A stretch of DNA of 63,595 nucleotides, counting the filler, from Intoshia linei (lineage: Eukaryota; Animalia; Orthonectida): the NCBI GenBank assembly GCA_001642005.1. It is 5 parts of 5 records of this genome, joined end to end, with 100 filler letters (N's around TTAATTAATTAA, not from the genome) between each part and the next. Parts side by side here need not be neighbours in the genome. Positions count along the whole stretch, not along the records: positions 28,056 to 52,848 come from LWCA01000519.1; positions 52,949 to 59,538 come from LWCA01001676.1; positions 59,639 to 62,389 come from LWCA01002222.1; positions 62,490 to 63,595 come from LWCA01002779.1; 1 more part is not named here. The stretch is one strand, 5' to 3'. The stretch's first letter is position 1. Each line of letters begins with the position of its first letter. This document shows, one piece after another, positions 51,725 to 63,595 of this stretch. The translations under genes were made by a program, and so were the position numbers. The notes beneath the pieces are model-generated. The model saw only the letters and a program-made list of their open reading frames with translations. It was not told the DNA's origin and searched no databases.

Positions 51725-52848
51725 CACACTGTGTCAATTTATTAGGCAAATCTAAAAAATTAAAAAATTCTTTCCAAGGAGTAGACTAAATTCTTAAATT
51801 TTTTTTGGGGAGTGTGCACAATAGTTTACGACAATATTTAAAATGCAAACAAAAAAAATCTAATACAATAATAATTGAAATAATTGAATATATATAAATA
51901 TTAGGCAAATGTAATGAACATAAATGAATGAAGTGGAATTTATCATTAAAAATTAGTTCTAATATTTAATATAGTTGCCATGAACTTGTAACACCTTAAT
52001 AACAACGTATATATATATAATATATATGTTAATAGCTTAATTCGTTAATGAGCCTTAATTAGCATCGACAGAATCGGTCAATCTCTTGACACGTTCTGGT
52101 ATAATTGATTTAGAAACTTCTTTAATAGCATTCCATAGGTCATCAAAGGAGTTATACTGAGTCCCAGCCGAATATAATTTTCTAAATGATTAATATGAAT
52201 AATTATTAAAGTAATTTCAATATATTACATTTTTATCATGTTCCAGTAATTTTCTATTAAGTTTAAATCGGGACTGTTAGAGGGCCAATTCATCAATTTT
52301 TCTCCGCTAATGCAATTTTCTAAAAGAAATGTTCTAGTAAATAACGATGCATGTGAAGGTGCATTGTCATGCATAAATATGCACTTATTTCTAAAAAATG
52401 CACTGTCGGTCTTCGAATTTATCCATCGACAGTAATTTTCCTCCAGAAATTCCGTGTAACTAAATATAAAAATTGAAACATGTTAAAATAATAAGTATTA
52501 CAATTTATAATTCATTTTCACGCCACTGGGAACACGAAATGGTCCTAACACTTCATTTCCAATGATTCCTGCCTAAAACAACACCTCCACCACCTTGTTG
52601 GCAACGCATCCTTGAAGGTGTTTCAGCAGTATTCAGTACCCAACCTCTTGACCACCCATCCGGTCCATCTAACGTTGCACGACACTCGTCAGTGAACAAC
52701 ACTGTTTCAAAATTTGTTTTTAAGTTTTTGCCCACTTTATACGTTTTTCCTTATGTATCGGTTTTAAAATCGGTCTTTTAAGAGCTTTTTTCAACGAAGC
52801 TATAGATTTTAGATCTCTAAATCGAGTATTTCTAGACACATTTCCTAT
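51725..52848 (-). mobile_element. Tc1/mariner DD37E (TRT-type) transposon remnant with an intron-containing transposase, upstream of the recovered PDSS1 exons
   Basis: VLFTDECRATLDGPDGW, QQGGGGV, GPFRVP.GVKM and MHDNAPSHA...WPSNSPDLNLIENYW, with exactly 37 residues between D and E. The end reads TA|CACACTGTGTCAATTTATTAGGCAA. There is a frameshift near 52575, an insertion near 52010-52065, and truncation by the gap. Confidence 0.92.
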
Positions 52849-54049
52849 NNNNNNNNNNNNNNNNNNNNNNNNNNNNNNNNNNNNNNNNNNNNTTAATTAA
52901 TTAANNNNNNNNNNNNNNNNNNNNNNNNNNNNNNNNNNNNNNNNNNNNATATAAGCATCTAATTATTCCTAAGCGGCATTGCATTTAAAATACCGTTGAC
53001 ACCCTAATGTACACTATACTACACAGATTAGATAAAAATATTTATTTTTTACATAATTTATATCTAAATTCACGAAGCATGATTATGTCATTTAAATTAC
53101 AATTATTTAATTCTGCATAAGTGATGCATTTAATAAATTTAAATATGGACGGAAATATAATTAACGATAATGATAACGCAATTTACGCAAACCGAAAATT
53201 AATCCAATAACTTTACTGTACAAATTGAAAATTTTTCAAAAAATTAAAAAATAAAGTTCAGATTTTGTCAAATAATCGCGAATAATTTGACATTTTGTCA
53301 AAATATCGTGTGTGTAAAATATCGAAAATAACCTGTACTTAAAAATACTAATTGTGTATTAATAATTAACTGAATCTTCAATTTATAAACATTTCAGTCG
53401 AATTTTACCATTATTGCAAAGAATTGTAATATAAAAATGATATTAACAAAGTTTTTTTAGTTTCGTTGTTTAGTTTATTATTTTTAATTTGAATGTTTTA
53501 ATAAAAATGTTTTGAAAATGAAAATTTTAAATTTAAAAATTGCGTAGCAATGAAAAAAATCAGAAGGAATGAATTATATAGATTTTCACCCATATTTCTT
53601 TATGGGAAATGTGTAGACATTCAATGAACATTTTTTTTGAAATTATAGGATCAATATTTACATTTTCAATTTTTATTTTAATCGAAATATTTGAAAAATA
53701 TTGGTTGATAATATATTAAAAATTATGTTTCATCGGGAATGCGTAAATTTGTCGGGTTGAACTTTTATATTTATATCAACTGGAATAAGCTCTATCAGAA
53801 TAATTTTGTTTTTTTTAATTTTCGGACCGTTAATTATTTCACATTTTTTGTTATAATAAAATATTTAGAAAAAAAATATATGAATACTAAAATGCTTTTT
53901 TGAGCGTGAATTCGTCACTTATTCGGATTGAAATTTTTTGGGTGTGTTAACAGGATACAACTGTATTACCTGTAAAATTTTTGAAATTCTAGGGCTGTTT
54001 TAATTAGAAAAAGAAGAATAATTTGTGGTTTTGGCCCTGAAGATATAAT

Positions 54050-55075
54050 TTTTATTTATATAATTTTTTATCATATTATAAATATAATTTAGTTTATTTT
54101 CATGGATTAAAAGTCAGTATTTTATATTATTAAAACCATAATGTATCTTTATAGTCGCATAATTAGATAAAAATTCATTTTAAATATTTTAATTATAATT
54201 GTTAAATTTTTTTATACACATTTGTACCAATTTTTCATCAGATGAAATAGTCATTCATGCATTTTAAAGCCCGTTCTGCTATTTCGTTTGAGTACGAAAT
54301 TTTTAGCCTTCTGCTCAAAATGTTTTTGCGGAGCCAATGCTTGTTCAAACATTTAGCTACAGTTGGATAATTTAATATCAATTCTGCTTATAAAGAATCC
54401 CATTTTGCAGATGTTTGAAATCTGCATGTAAACCAACATTTAGACCAAACATTTGTTATAAAATCACAAATTTGTTTCATCTCTGGTACTCTATCTACAT
54501 TTAAGATGTATAGTTTCAATGCATATACTGCTTTTGCATTCCAACGAGAATTAGAAATGCACCCGGCTTTTTAAATTTGATAATTGGATTTTTTTGGTAT
54601 TTTATTAGAGTTTTATAAGCGTCTATTAGTTCAGATAATTCTTTAGTCATTACGCCAATTTCCCTGTAAATTAGCATTGTGTTCTATATTAATTTCTCCA
54701 ATATATTTAGATTTTATAATAACTAAATTTTCTTTAAGTTTTGTTACAAACGAAAATAGAATATTGAATATTAACTTGAAAAACAGTATAACATGTTTAA
54801 ATATAAAGTCTAATATATAAAACCGACAACCTTCGTATGTAACGTCTGGCAAAATCTGTTTCAAATAAGTTATTACACCCTGATGAATACCGGTGTTGGA
54901 GCTTATTGTGTCGCAAATCAACATTAATATTTCATCATTAATATTAAATAACTTCAAGACATTTAGAATTTATTGGTATATTGTAAGACCCTTATTATTA
55001 TTTAATGACCGAAAAGCAATAAGTATTGAATAATTTTGTCTAGAAATACAAACAGCCAGTTTCTCAGTTTTATGG
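54050..55075 (-). mobile_element. hATm-type transposase pseudogene fragment
   Basis: Reads ICDTISSNTGIHQG...EGCRFYILD, ISNSRWNAKAVYALKLY and SNEIAERA; closely similar to 62490 onward. Confidence 0.8.
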
Positions 55076-55893
55076 AGAAATGATTATAAGGAATTATATG
55101 AATTGGTGAACTGTTATAAAACACTTAGAAAATATAATTCCCATTCAAAAATGAATTTCAAGAAACCATGCAATATATCGAATGCTAGATGAAATTCTAG
55201 AAGCATTTACTGCCTCAAAGCTTTCATTCTAAATTTGGATAGGACAGAAATTATGATCGAAGCGTGTAATTTTATATCATATGTATGGAGCAATTGTTGG
55301 TTTACATGTCGTGATCAGAAAATAGCTTTTTGGAAACCTCTTGAATACTGTTTAGGACCTGTAATATCACCTAAATACATTAAAGCGTATTGTTGCCTAA
55401 TGAAACATTGAAATAAAACTATACAGTTTATGGAAATATCTTTCACCAATGAGATATGCGAAAAATCTCTTGCATTGATGGATAACGTTGTTCCGACATG
55501 CAAAAACTTCAAAAATTTAGAAAATAGAGTTTTGACTAAATTTAATAATTATGTAAATTAAATGAATTATGTATAAAAAATTCACAATAAAAATATCACA
55601 ATTTTATTTAAGCTTCATTGTTAATTAATTAAAATTTAACGATTTAAATTTTATTCTACATTCAAAACTATTAATTGAACCTTATTTGGCTTTCCTAGAA
55701 TTAATTTGATTATATAAGTAATACTCTTAATATTCATATTTAAATAATAATTTGATATTCTGTGCCCTTGAGCACCCTTATAAACTTTTTGAATTTTGTT
55801 AAGATTTTGGATTTTATGTCTGCTAATCAAAACGAAAACTTTTGGATCTTGTCCTAACAGAAATTCATAAATATTGAAATTATGTCCACCCTA
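55076..55893 (+). mobile_element. Second, diverged hATm-type fragment (3' part) in the opposite orientation
   Basis: The plus strand reads NISNAR*NSRSIYCLKAFILNLDR...ACN...YVWSNCWF and ends with CACCCTA at 55893. Confidence 0.7.
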
Positions 55894-56222
55894 ATGATCA
55901 TTGTTAATATTTGGACTAAGTTTTCAATTATTCACATAAAAGGTCTAGATGTAATGTAGATTCTCCTTTTCTTATATTTTTACTATTTAGCTGAAGCGGT
56001 TCATATATTTAAATGTTTAATAAACTACAACTACATATTTACATTGGACAATGCCAACACAAAAAATATAAAGTCTGATTCTAATTCTTACCGGTTTCAG
56101 GTAAAAATTAATTTAAAATTAATCTTAATACTTAGGCTATCGCCTTTTGGCCCAATAAAACAATTTCCTACAATGATCAAGAATACGGTATATTTTAAAT
56201 TAATGTAAAAAAATAACATTAA

Positions 56223-56587
56223 CTCATTTTATCCCAATGTCACCATATGGTCATATAAAAAAGAAATGTTAAAAGGTGAATAACTTTGACATTACGTAAA
56301 GTACAGATTAATGTATCACATATTTATACTCATGTAAGCTTTCGCAATGTTTTTATCATTGTTATGAGATTATTGATTTCGTCTCTTACCGTTTACAAAT
56401 AAATATCAAGAAAAAAAATTAAATGAAAACTACAAAGAATGTAAATACTTTTTTCTTTATTTCATACCAAGGTATTTTCAGTTTTGTGTAATCGATATCA
56501 AATATACATTTATTATATTGTTTTTAATATTTTAAAACATTTCAACCAGTAGTTTATGTCACCATATGGTCACATTGGCAGAATAAG
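56223..56587. mobile_element. TTAA-flanked MITE with palindromic subterminal motif
   Basis: TTAA|CTCATT..CCCAATGTCACCATATGGTCA ... TGTCACCATATGGTCACATTGGCAGAATAAG|TTAA. Confidence 0.6.
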
Positions 56588-58452
56588 TTAACATTACTTT
56601 ATGAAAGATTTAAAATCATTACATTTGTTCTATTTATTTTTATTATAATTTATTTTGGTATAATTATACCTAGTTTATATGTAAATTCGTACATATATTT
56701 GCATAATAATCAAAATTTTGTTTAATTTTGAAGATGTGATAAAATTCTATATTGTGTATAGAAATCGTTATAATATGCCTAATAGCCATTGAGTGTATAT
56801 TAGTGACTGCCTACTAGGCAGTGCCTAGTACTCATTTTTTGTGAAATTTTAGAATACGTAATTTATGAATACATATTTATATGTATATTAAAAGTTATTT
56901 TTGACCAAAAAGCGTAGATTTTTGAGGTTGAAATTTTGTATCTACATCAAATCGAATAAGTTTTATAAGAATAATCCTGTTTTAAATTCTAGGACCGATA
57001 ATTATTTCAAATTTTTTGTTTTAATAAATTAGTTTTCGAATAGAGGTATTTGTAATAATGGATGCTATATCGGTTTTTTTTACTGATATAACATCAACTT
57101 GACCGTATTTATAATCTTTATCATGTAAGTTATCTGTATGATATGTATGTATGAGGTGCAATTAATTTTAAAACAGAAAAATTAAAATCTTGGTTATTTA
57201 TTTGAGTCCTTTTGTTGTTTATAGAATTTTATTATATAATTAATAAATAGTAAATTTTATAAATTTACAAATATTCTGAATTTCCAGTGAAAGCTAGTAT
57301 CAAGGTTCAATATGTGATTTTGTAAATTATTTATTTAATCTAAATTTATTTTGATACGCTTAGTAATATCCATTTCATAAAAAGCGTGAATAGTAATTCA
57401 GGTAATATTCATAAATAACTTTATGTTCATTTTGATTTTTTATTAAAATTTCATTCGGTCCGCGCCTGACCAAACCTTAATATTATGATTTACAAATTTA
57501 TATATAAAATAATACCCTTGAGGTAAATGGAAAACATTGCCGGGGTATACTGTTTATACAAAAAAAAGTGGGACACTCTAGTGTGCAGCAGCACATTTCT
57601 AATATTTTCGTTAAATGAATTTAACGAATATGCAATTTTCTTTAAATGAGACTTTAACTGTATAATGTTTTTAATATAATTTATTTTGGAATAATTTTAC
57701 GTTATTTATACTTTAATTCATGAATATATTTGCATAATAATCTAAATTTTGTTTATAACGTTATCTAATGTTTAAAATTAATAAATTTAAATAATGTAAA
57801 TTGTCAAAATTCGAGAAATTAAATCGTTAATAAAATCCAAAAAATTGAGCTAGAAACAAATTTTAAAAATAAACTGTATAATTAAACATGGAGAATAATA
57901 TTATAAAGTCGATATCACATTTAAACGCCATTTTCCGTTAAAATAAAGTTCAGTTGTAGTTTCTCCATAATATTTTTAAAGTGATATTTAAATTGACAAA
58001 CGCAACTCGAATAGATAGCGTTAAATGTTTTTGATTGCGAATTAGTTTTTCTATTTTAAAAATACACAGTTTCAGTGCTAATTGTCCTTGATTCTTTGAT
58101 GGCGTGACACCCTAAATAATCATTGGTAAAAAATAATCTGAAAATTCTCCCTTTAAGGGTTTGGATAAAAAAAATCTTACAAAAATTCCATTTTACAGTT
58201 TGGTAAAAAAATAATTCTTCAAGCGATATATAATTAAAAAATGTTGATAAAATATAATTTTAATATTATGAAAATTAAGACTTCCTTACTGATACCTATT
58301 TATAACTTATTTAACGTTTCTCATACATGTTTGTATTTTGACATTGCATTTCCCATAATTAAATAAAACTCTCACAGTAAAATATAAGTTTATTTTTCTT
58401 TAAAATTTGAATATCACCAATAGAAAAATTGAAATGTATATTTTAATATTTC

Positions 58453-59115
58453 ATGAAAATTGAAAACTCATGGTTGACACAAGATTAGTGTACATTTTCA
58501 AACGAAATTTATTAATCCAAGTTTTTAGCAAACATTCTTTGAATAAAAAAAAGAAAATTCCTACCAAAACGATTACCAAAAAGTCTCTTCGTAATAATGA
58601 TGAATCATGGTCCTGTAATTTGTGTACTTTCCTGAACGACGCAGAGAAATATACATGTCAAATGTGTGCTGCTTGTCGTGGCTCCTCTACCAGGTTAATT
58701 TTGTTTGTTTAGGATTGATAAAATTTTGAGTAATCAAGATTTTACTGTCGACTCTCATAATGTGGCCAATTTTCAAGAACTTTTTGTTAAGTGAAAAATT
58801 TAACTAATTAGTTATTTTAATATCAATGCCCGTAAAATTAGCCTTGTTCGTATTTTTGTTCCGGTCCATACGGACCGTTACTTATGGTGGAATATATACT
58901 TACTTATACGTGGAAAAATTTATTCACCTCATAACTAAGTTACTATTTAAATTTATAAATTAAATAACTCGGAAGAGTCACAGATTTTAAGAAAAATTGT
59001 ACTTATGAGAGCCGAAAATTGATAGAATATTTGAATTCTTATAAGTTTTAACGTTTAGAAAGTCTTTGGAACCGTCGAAATCACAAATACACAAACTTAA
59101 ATTATCGGACAAAAG
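58453..59115 (+). CDS. YAF2: RYBP/YAF2 homolog, 5' exons (C-terminal RING1-binding exon not seen)
   Basis: RanBP2-type finger WSCNLCTFLNDAEKYTCQMCAACRGSSTR|K matches RYBP/YAF2 WDCSVCTFRNSAEAFKC..CDVRKGTSTRK. The next exon lies at ~59059-59115. Confidence 0.8.
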
Positions 59116-59638
59116 GTATTTTAAAAATTTTTTTCGCTGCAGTCTTTTTATTTTTTAAGTATACATCATAATTGTAAGGGTTATTTTTTTGTTTGTATTT
59201 TGTCTCCTGACACTGGTGATTTTTGGAATTTAATTTAATTACGATTTAATATTGATTTTTCATTTATAGGGAATTACAATAATATATATAATAAAATGTA
59301 GTACAATACATGTGTATGTGAAAATGAAATACATGTAATAGTAATAATTAGAGTCGACAAATGCAATTTTTTATGGCACTAAAAAATTTCTAGCACTAAA
59401 GTTACTAAACAACAAGAAGACAACAATTGATGCAAAATTCATTAAATTTATTTGAATTGACAATGAAATAGTCATTAAAATATCAATTAATAATATTAAT
59501 CATGTGACATTAAAATATTTTAAATAATATAATTAAAGNNNNNNNNNNNNNNNNNNNNNNNNNNNNNNNNNNNNNNNNNNNNTTAATTAATTAANNNNNN
59601 NNNNNNNNNNNNNNNNNNNNNNNNNNNNNNNNNNNNNN

Positions 59639-59800
59639 TTAATTGATTGTTCTGTATATTTTTTTATAGCCCAATAAATAATAAAAATTTACTTTTTGAA
59701 AGTTTTATTGCTCTTTACAATTTTTTCATTGATTAAAAACGTCCAAAAATGGACGTCTGCGAGTGTTTACGTTATTTTTATTATCGCGAGCACTAAAGGG
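59639..59800. mobile_element. piggyBac-like element end truncated by the gap
   Basis: acgtccaaaaatggacgt palindrome followed by ...GCACTAAAGGG|TTAA. Confidence 0.6.
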
Positions 59801-60164
59801 TTAAATAAAATAATTGTATATTTTTAATTAGATTAAACTCAATGCAATGATATAAAAATTATTTTTATTATTTATCAATAATAGGCTAATTTTTGTTCAA
59901 ATTTGATCAAATCTTCTTTTATTGTTTGCATAGATATAATTATAAATACGTACAATTTTGAAACTTGATAATAAACACAATTAATAATTAAAATGCACTC
60001 CAAAAATAATAATTGTTAATTATTCAAATGGAATTTTGACACTTTAATATTTAAAAAAAGCAATCAAATTTACAAGCCAAAATAGAATTTCATTAATTTA
60101 AATTGTTCCATGTGTATTCACGAAATTTTTTCGGCCCGCATATCAATAAGTTTGCCCACCACTG

Positions 60165-60301
60165 ACTTAAGGCTTAAGTTAAGCACGAGTAAATAAATAA
60201 AAAGTTTACATTATTATTATTTCGTTATACTTTATGATAAAGTTTATCATATGAATTTCTATAAGAAATTGTCTACTCATTTCAATTCAAAATGGCACGA
60301 G
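60165..60301 (+). mobile_element. Fragment of the same hAT family as 1-1698
   Basis: Reverse complement of ~1295-1420 (aagttaagcacgagtaaataaataaaaagt...gaatttctataagaaattgtctac...aaatggcacgagt). Confidence 0.85.
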
Positions 60302-62389
60302 TGTGATATCGAACTTAAGAAAGGATTACAAAAGTAACGTAAAATAACGATAATAGAAATAAATATTTCTATACTTCTTAATTGTACACATCGAATAACA
60401 CATTGGCGCCGACGACATAAACCTCTTCAAACACACACACACATAAACCACAAAAAATAATGAGTGCAGATGGCATCATTGTTACAGATCCAGAAACATT
60501 CTTTATAGAATTTGAATCATACATTGAACTAAGTTCTATTGAAATGAATGAAAATAAAAAAATTAAAGCATTACATAACTTAGCTGGAATCGAAACTACT
60601 AGAAGATTACAACAAGAAATAAAAAAAAAGAGATGATGAGTTATTCAAGTATCAAAACCAAAATTTTGTCATGGCAACAATCAAAACCTATAATCGAAAG
60701 GTTCAAATTGAGAACAATGATGAAGGAAGATGATGAAACGTTGGATGATTTCCTTGGCCGCCTACATAATGTAGCGAGAAGAGGATATGAAAATAATGCG
60801 ATTGATCAGGCGGTGTGCAATCAAGTAATATTTGGATGCCGTTCGGCCAAATTAACGAATATTTTATTATCCGTGGAAGAACTCAACTTAATAATTTGTC
60901 GAGAAACTTGTATCAAATTTACATTATTACAAAATGCTAATAAAAATCTTATTTCACAGGAACAAAAGATTTTTAAAATTCATGACACGAAATCAAATAA
61001 TTTACTATGGTTTGGCATCTGCGCCATCTTTTTTCCAAAAATTTATTTCTACTATTTTAAAAAATATAAGTAATGTGAGCAATATGTTGGACGACATACT
61101 TATTTATGGTCATTCAGTTGAAGAACATTAACAGCCGTTCTAGATATTCTTAAAAAGTACAATGTTACTTTAAATTTAGATAAATGCATAATTAGGCACA
61201 CAGAATTGAAAATTCTAGGACATGTAATATCTCAGTACGGTATATCTACAGACCCTAGTAAAGTAAAATCCATAGAACAAATGCCTAATCCAACTGACAA
61301 AACTGAAGTAAAAAGTTTTTTAGGCTTAGTCACTTATTATAAAAAATTTATACCTACCTTTTCAACAATATGTGAACCTTTAACTAATTTAACAAGAGGA
61401 GGAGTTACTTTCCACTGGAATGACAAATGCCAAAAAGCTTTTGATGGCATTAAAATGTATATTTCGTCAACAGTCAGATTAGCCACGTTTTCACCTCAGG
61501 ACAAAATAATTATTCAGACTGATGCATCAAATGTGGGGGTTGGTGGCGTCTTAAAGCAAATACAAGGAAACACGGAAGTTACAATTACTTTTACTTCACG
61601 TACTCTAACAAAAACTAAACGTAACTATTCTATTGCAGAAAGGGAGACACTAGAAATAGGTAACATACATGTACAAAAAAATGGCATTCATATATGGGGT
61701 AGAAGAGTAACATTACAGACTGATCATAAGGCATTGGAAACACTTTTTAAATCTTATGAAAATGGACACAAAGCGGCAAGAATTGCTAGATGGTGTTTAC
61801 TTATGAGAGAATATCAATACGATATAGAATATATTTCCGGAAATAAAAATATTATTCTATTCGAAATGAATTATGGAAAGATGACGATTATTTATATAGA
61901 AGTGAGCATCGTATTATATTACCAGTTTGTTTACGTAATAAAGCTATTGCAATATCCCATGAATGCCATGCAGGAATGACATCGTGTAAACAACAATTGC
62001 GTAAATACTATTGGTTTCCACGTATGAACTCTATGATTGAAAATTACGTAAAATTATGTAGTAGTAGTTCTAAAACAATTAAATTATTAAAATCTCCAAT
62101 TAAACCCATTGAATATCCTCCTCATAAATGGCATACAATTGCTATTGATTACATTGGACCGTTAGAGTTTTCCAATAACGAAAAAAAATACGCAATTGTG
62201 TTAATTGATTTATACTCCAAATACCCTGAAGTTAAAATGCTTACTAATCCTACAACATCTTTAACTATAAAATTTTTAAAAAAAGTGTTTTCAAGAGAAG
62301 GTATCCGTTTCAAAATTATATCGGATAATGGACCACAATTTGCATCAATAGAATTTAAACAATTTTTACAATCTATGGATATTCAACAT
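60302..62389 (+). mobile_element. Decayed Ty3/gypsy (Mag-like) LTR retrotransposon, truncated by the gap
   Basis: Candidate LTR TGTGATAT...ATAACACA (60302-60402) and PBS TGGCGCCGAC (60404). gag starts at ATG 60460 (ERFKL...RL..VA). RT has GLASAPSFFQ...MLDDILI, RNase H has TDASNVGVGGVL and TDHKAL, and integrase has IDYIGP and SDNGPQF. Multiple frameshifts. Confidence 0.93.
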
Positions 62390-62489
62390 NNNNNNNNNNN
62401 NNNNNNNNNNNNNNNNNNNNNNNNNNNNNNNNNTTAATTAATTAANNNNNNNNNNNNNNNNNNNNNNNNNNNNNNNNNNNNNNNNNNNN

Positions 62490-63595
62490 AATAAATTTAA
62501 ACGAATATAAGTTTATTTTCATGGATTAAAAGTCAGTATTTTATAATATTATAAACATAATGTATCTTTATAGTCGTATAATTAGATAAAAATTTATTTT
62601 AAATGTTTTAATTATAATTGTTAAATTTTTTTATACACATTTGTTTTAATTTTTCATCAGATGAAATAGTCATTTATGCATTTTAAAACCCGTTCTACTA
62701 TTTCGTTTGAGTACGAAATTTTTAACTGTCTGCTCAAAGTGTTTTTGCGGAGCCAATGCTTGTTCAAACATTTAGCTACAGTTGGATAATTTAATATCAA
62801 TTGTTGTTATAAGGAATCCCATTCTGCAGATGTTTGAAATCTGCATTTAAATCAACATTTAGACCAAACATTTGCTATAAAATCACAGATTTGATTCATC
62901 TCTGGTGCTCTATCTACATTTAAGATGTATGATTTCAATGCTTTTGCATTCCAACGAGAATTAGAAATGCACCCGGCTTTTTAAATTTGATAATTGGATT
63001 TTTTTGGTATTTTATTAGAGTTTTATAAGCGTCTATTAGTTCAGATAATTCTTTAGTCATTACGCCAATTTCCCTGAAAATTAGCATTGTGTCGGCAAAT
63101 CAACATTGAAATTTTATCATTAATATTAAATAACTCCAAGACATTTAGAATTTATTAGTATATGGTAAGACCCTGACTATTATTTAATGACCGAAAAGCA
63201 ATAAGTATTGAATAATTTTCTCCAGAAATACAAACAGCCAGTTTCTCAGTTTTATGGCCGTCATATCTAATTATTTTTTGCCGTCAAAATTTAAACACAA
63301 GTCCTGGTTAAACGAAGCTACATCATTTATTAAAGTTTCATTAACGGTTTTTAAAATTTTGTTTATATTATAAAATAGTGCACTTTTACTTGGTATATTT
63401 GATTCATTGTTGGACAGTTTTAGAATTGAATTGATTTTTCGAATAGAGGTATTTGTAATAATGGATGCCATATCGGCTTTTTTTTACTGATATAACATCA
63501 ACTTGATCGTATTTATAATCTTTATCATGTAAGTCATCTGCATGAGGTGCAATTAATTTTAAAACAGAAAAATTAAAATCTTGGTTATTTATTCG
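62490..63595 (-). mobile_element. hATm-type transposase pseudogene, second copy; 63436-63595 also matches ~57040-57200
   Basis: Closely similar to 54085-55075 with an internal deletion, and continues into CLNFDGKK (first catalytic D). Confidence 0.8.

Noticed and set aside
1-63595. tRNA or rRNA genes
   Set aside because: I recognised no cloverleaf, box A/B or rRNA-like sequence by eye. A tRNAscan-SE/Infernal run would be needed to exclude them formally.

Overview
This is very AT-rich animal (metazoan) genomic DNA, not prokaryotic. Genes are split into short exons by many ~35-50 nt GT-AG introns, plus a few multi-kb introns packed with decayed transposons. The intron style suggests a compact parasitic invertebrate genome such as the orthonectid Intoshia linei (inference only). 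Hand-splicing supports these host genes in order: MTCH2 (-), CEP97 (+), a kinase-less BubR1/Mad3-like checkpoint gene (+), an ankyrin-repeat gene fragment (-), ZNF395/ZNF704-type C2H2 + C-clamp factor (+), ECI2 (+), the 53-aa microprotein STMP1 (+), laminin gamma-1 (-), the 3' half of PDSS1 (-) and the 5' part of RYBP/YAF2 (+). Mobile DNA includes several hAT types (ZMYM1-like, Charlie/Buster, hATm), a Sola-like element, piggyBac-like and MULE-like MITEs, Helitron ends, a DD37E Tc1 element and a Ty3/gypsy remnant. Four 100-nt gaps contain an artificial TTAATTAATTAA spacer, so adjacency across them is unproven. I found no clear new multi-gene system. The most notable observations are: (1) a Tc1 transposase carrying two host-style mini-introns, (2) a degenerate nidogen-binding loop in laminin gamma, (3) a Mad3-like truncation of BubR1, (4) no peroxisomal targeting signal on ECI2, and (5) a pre-miRNA-like hairpin. 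All family assignments come from motif recognition by eye; no database search was run.
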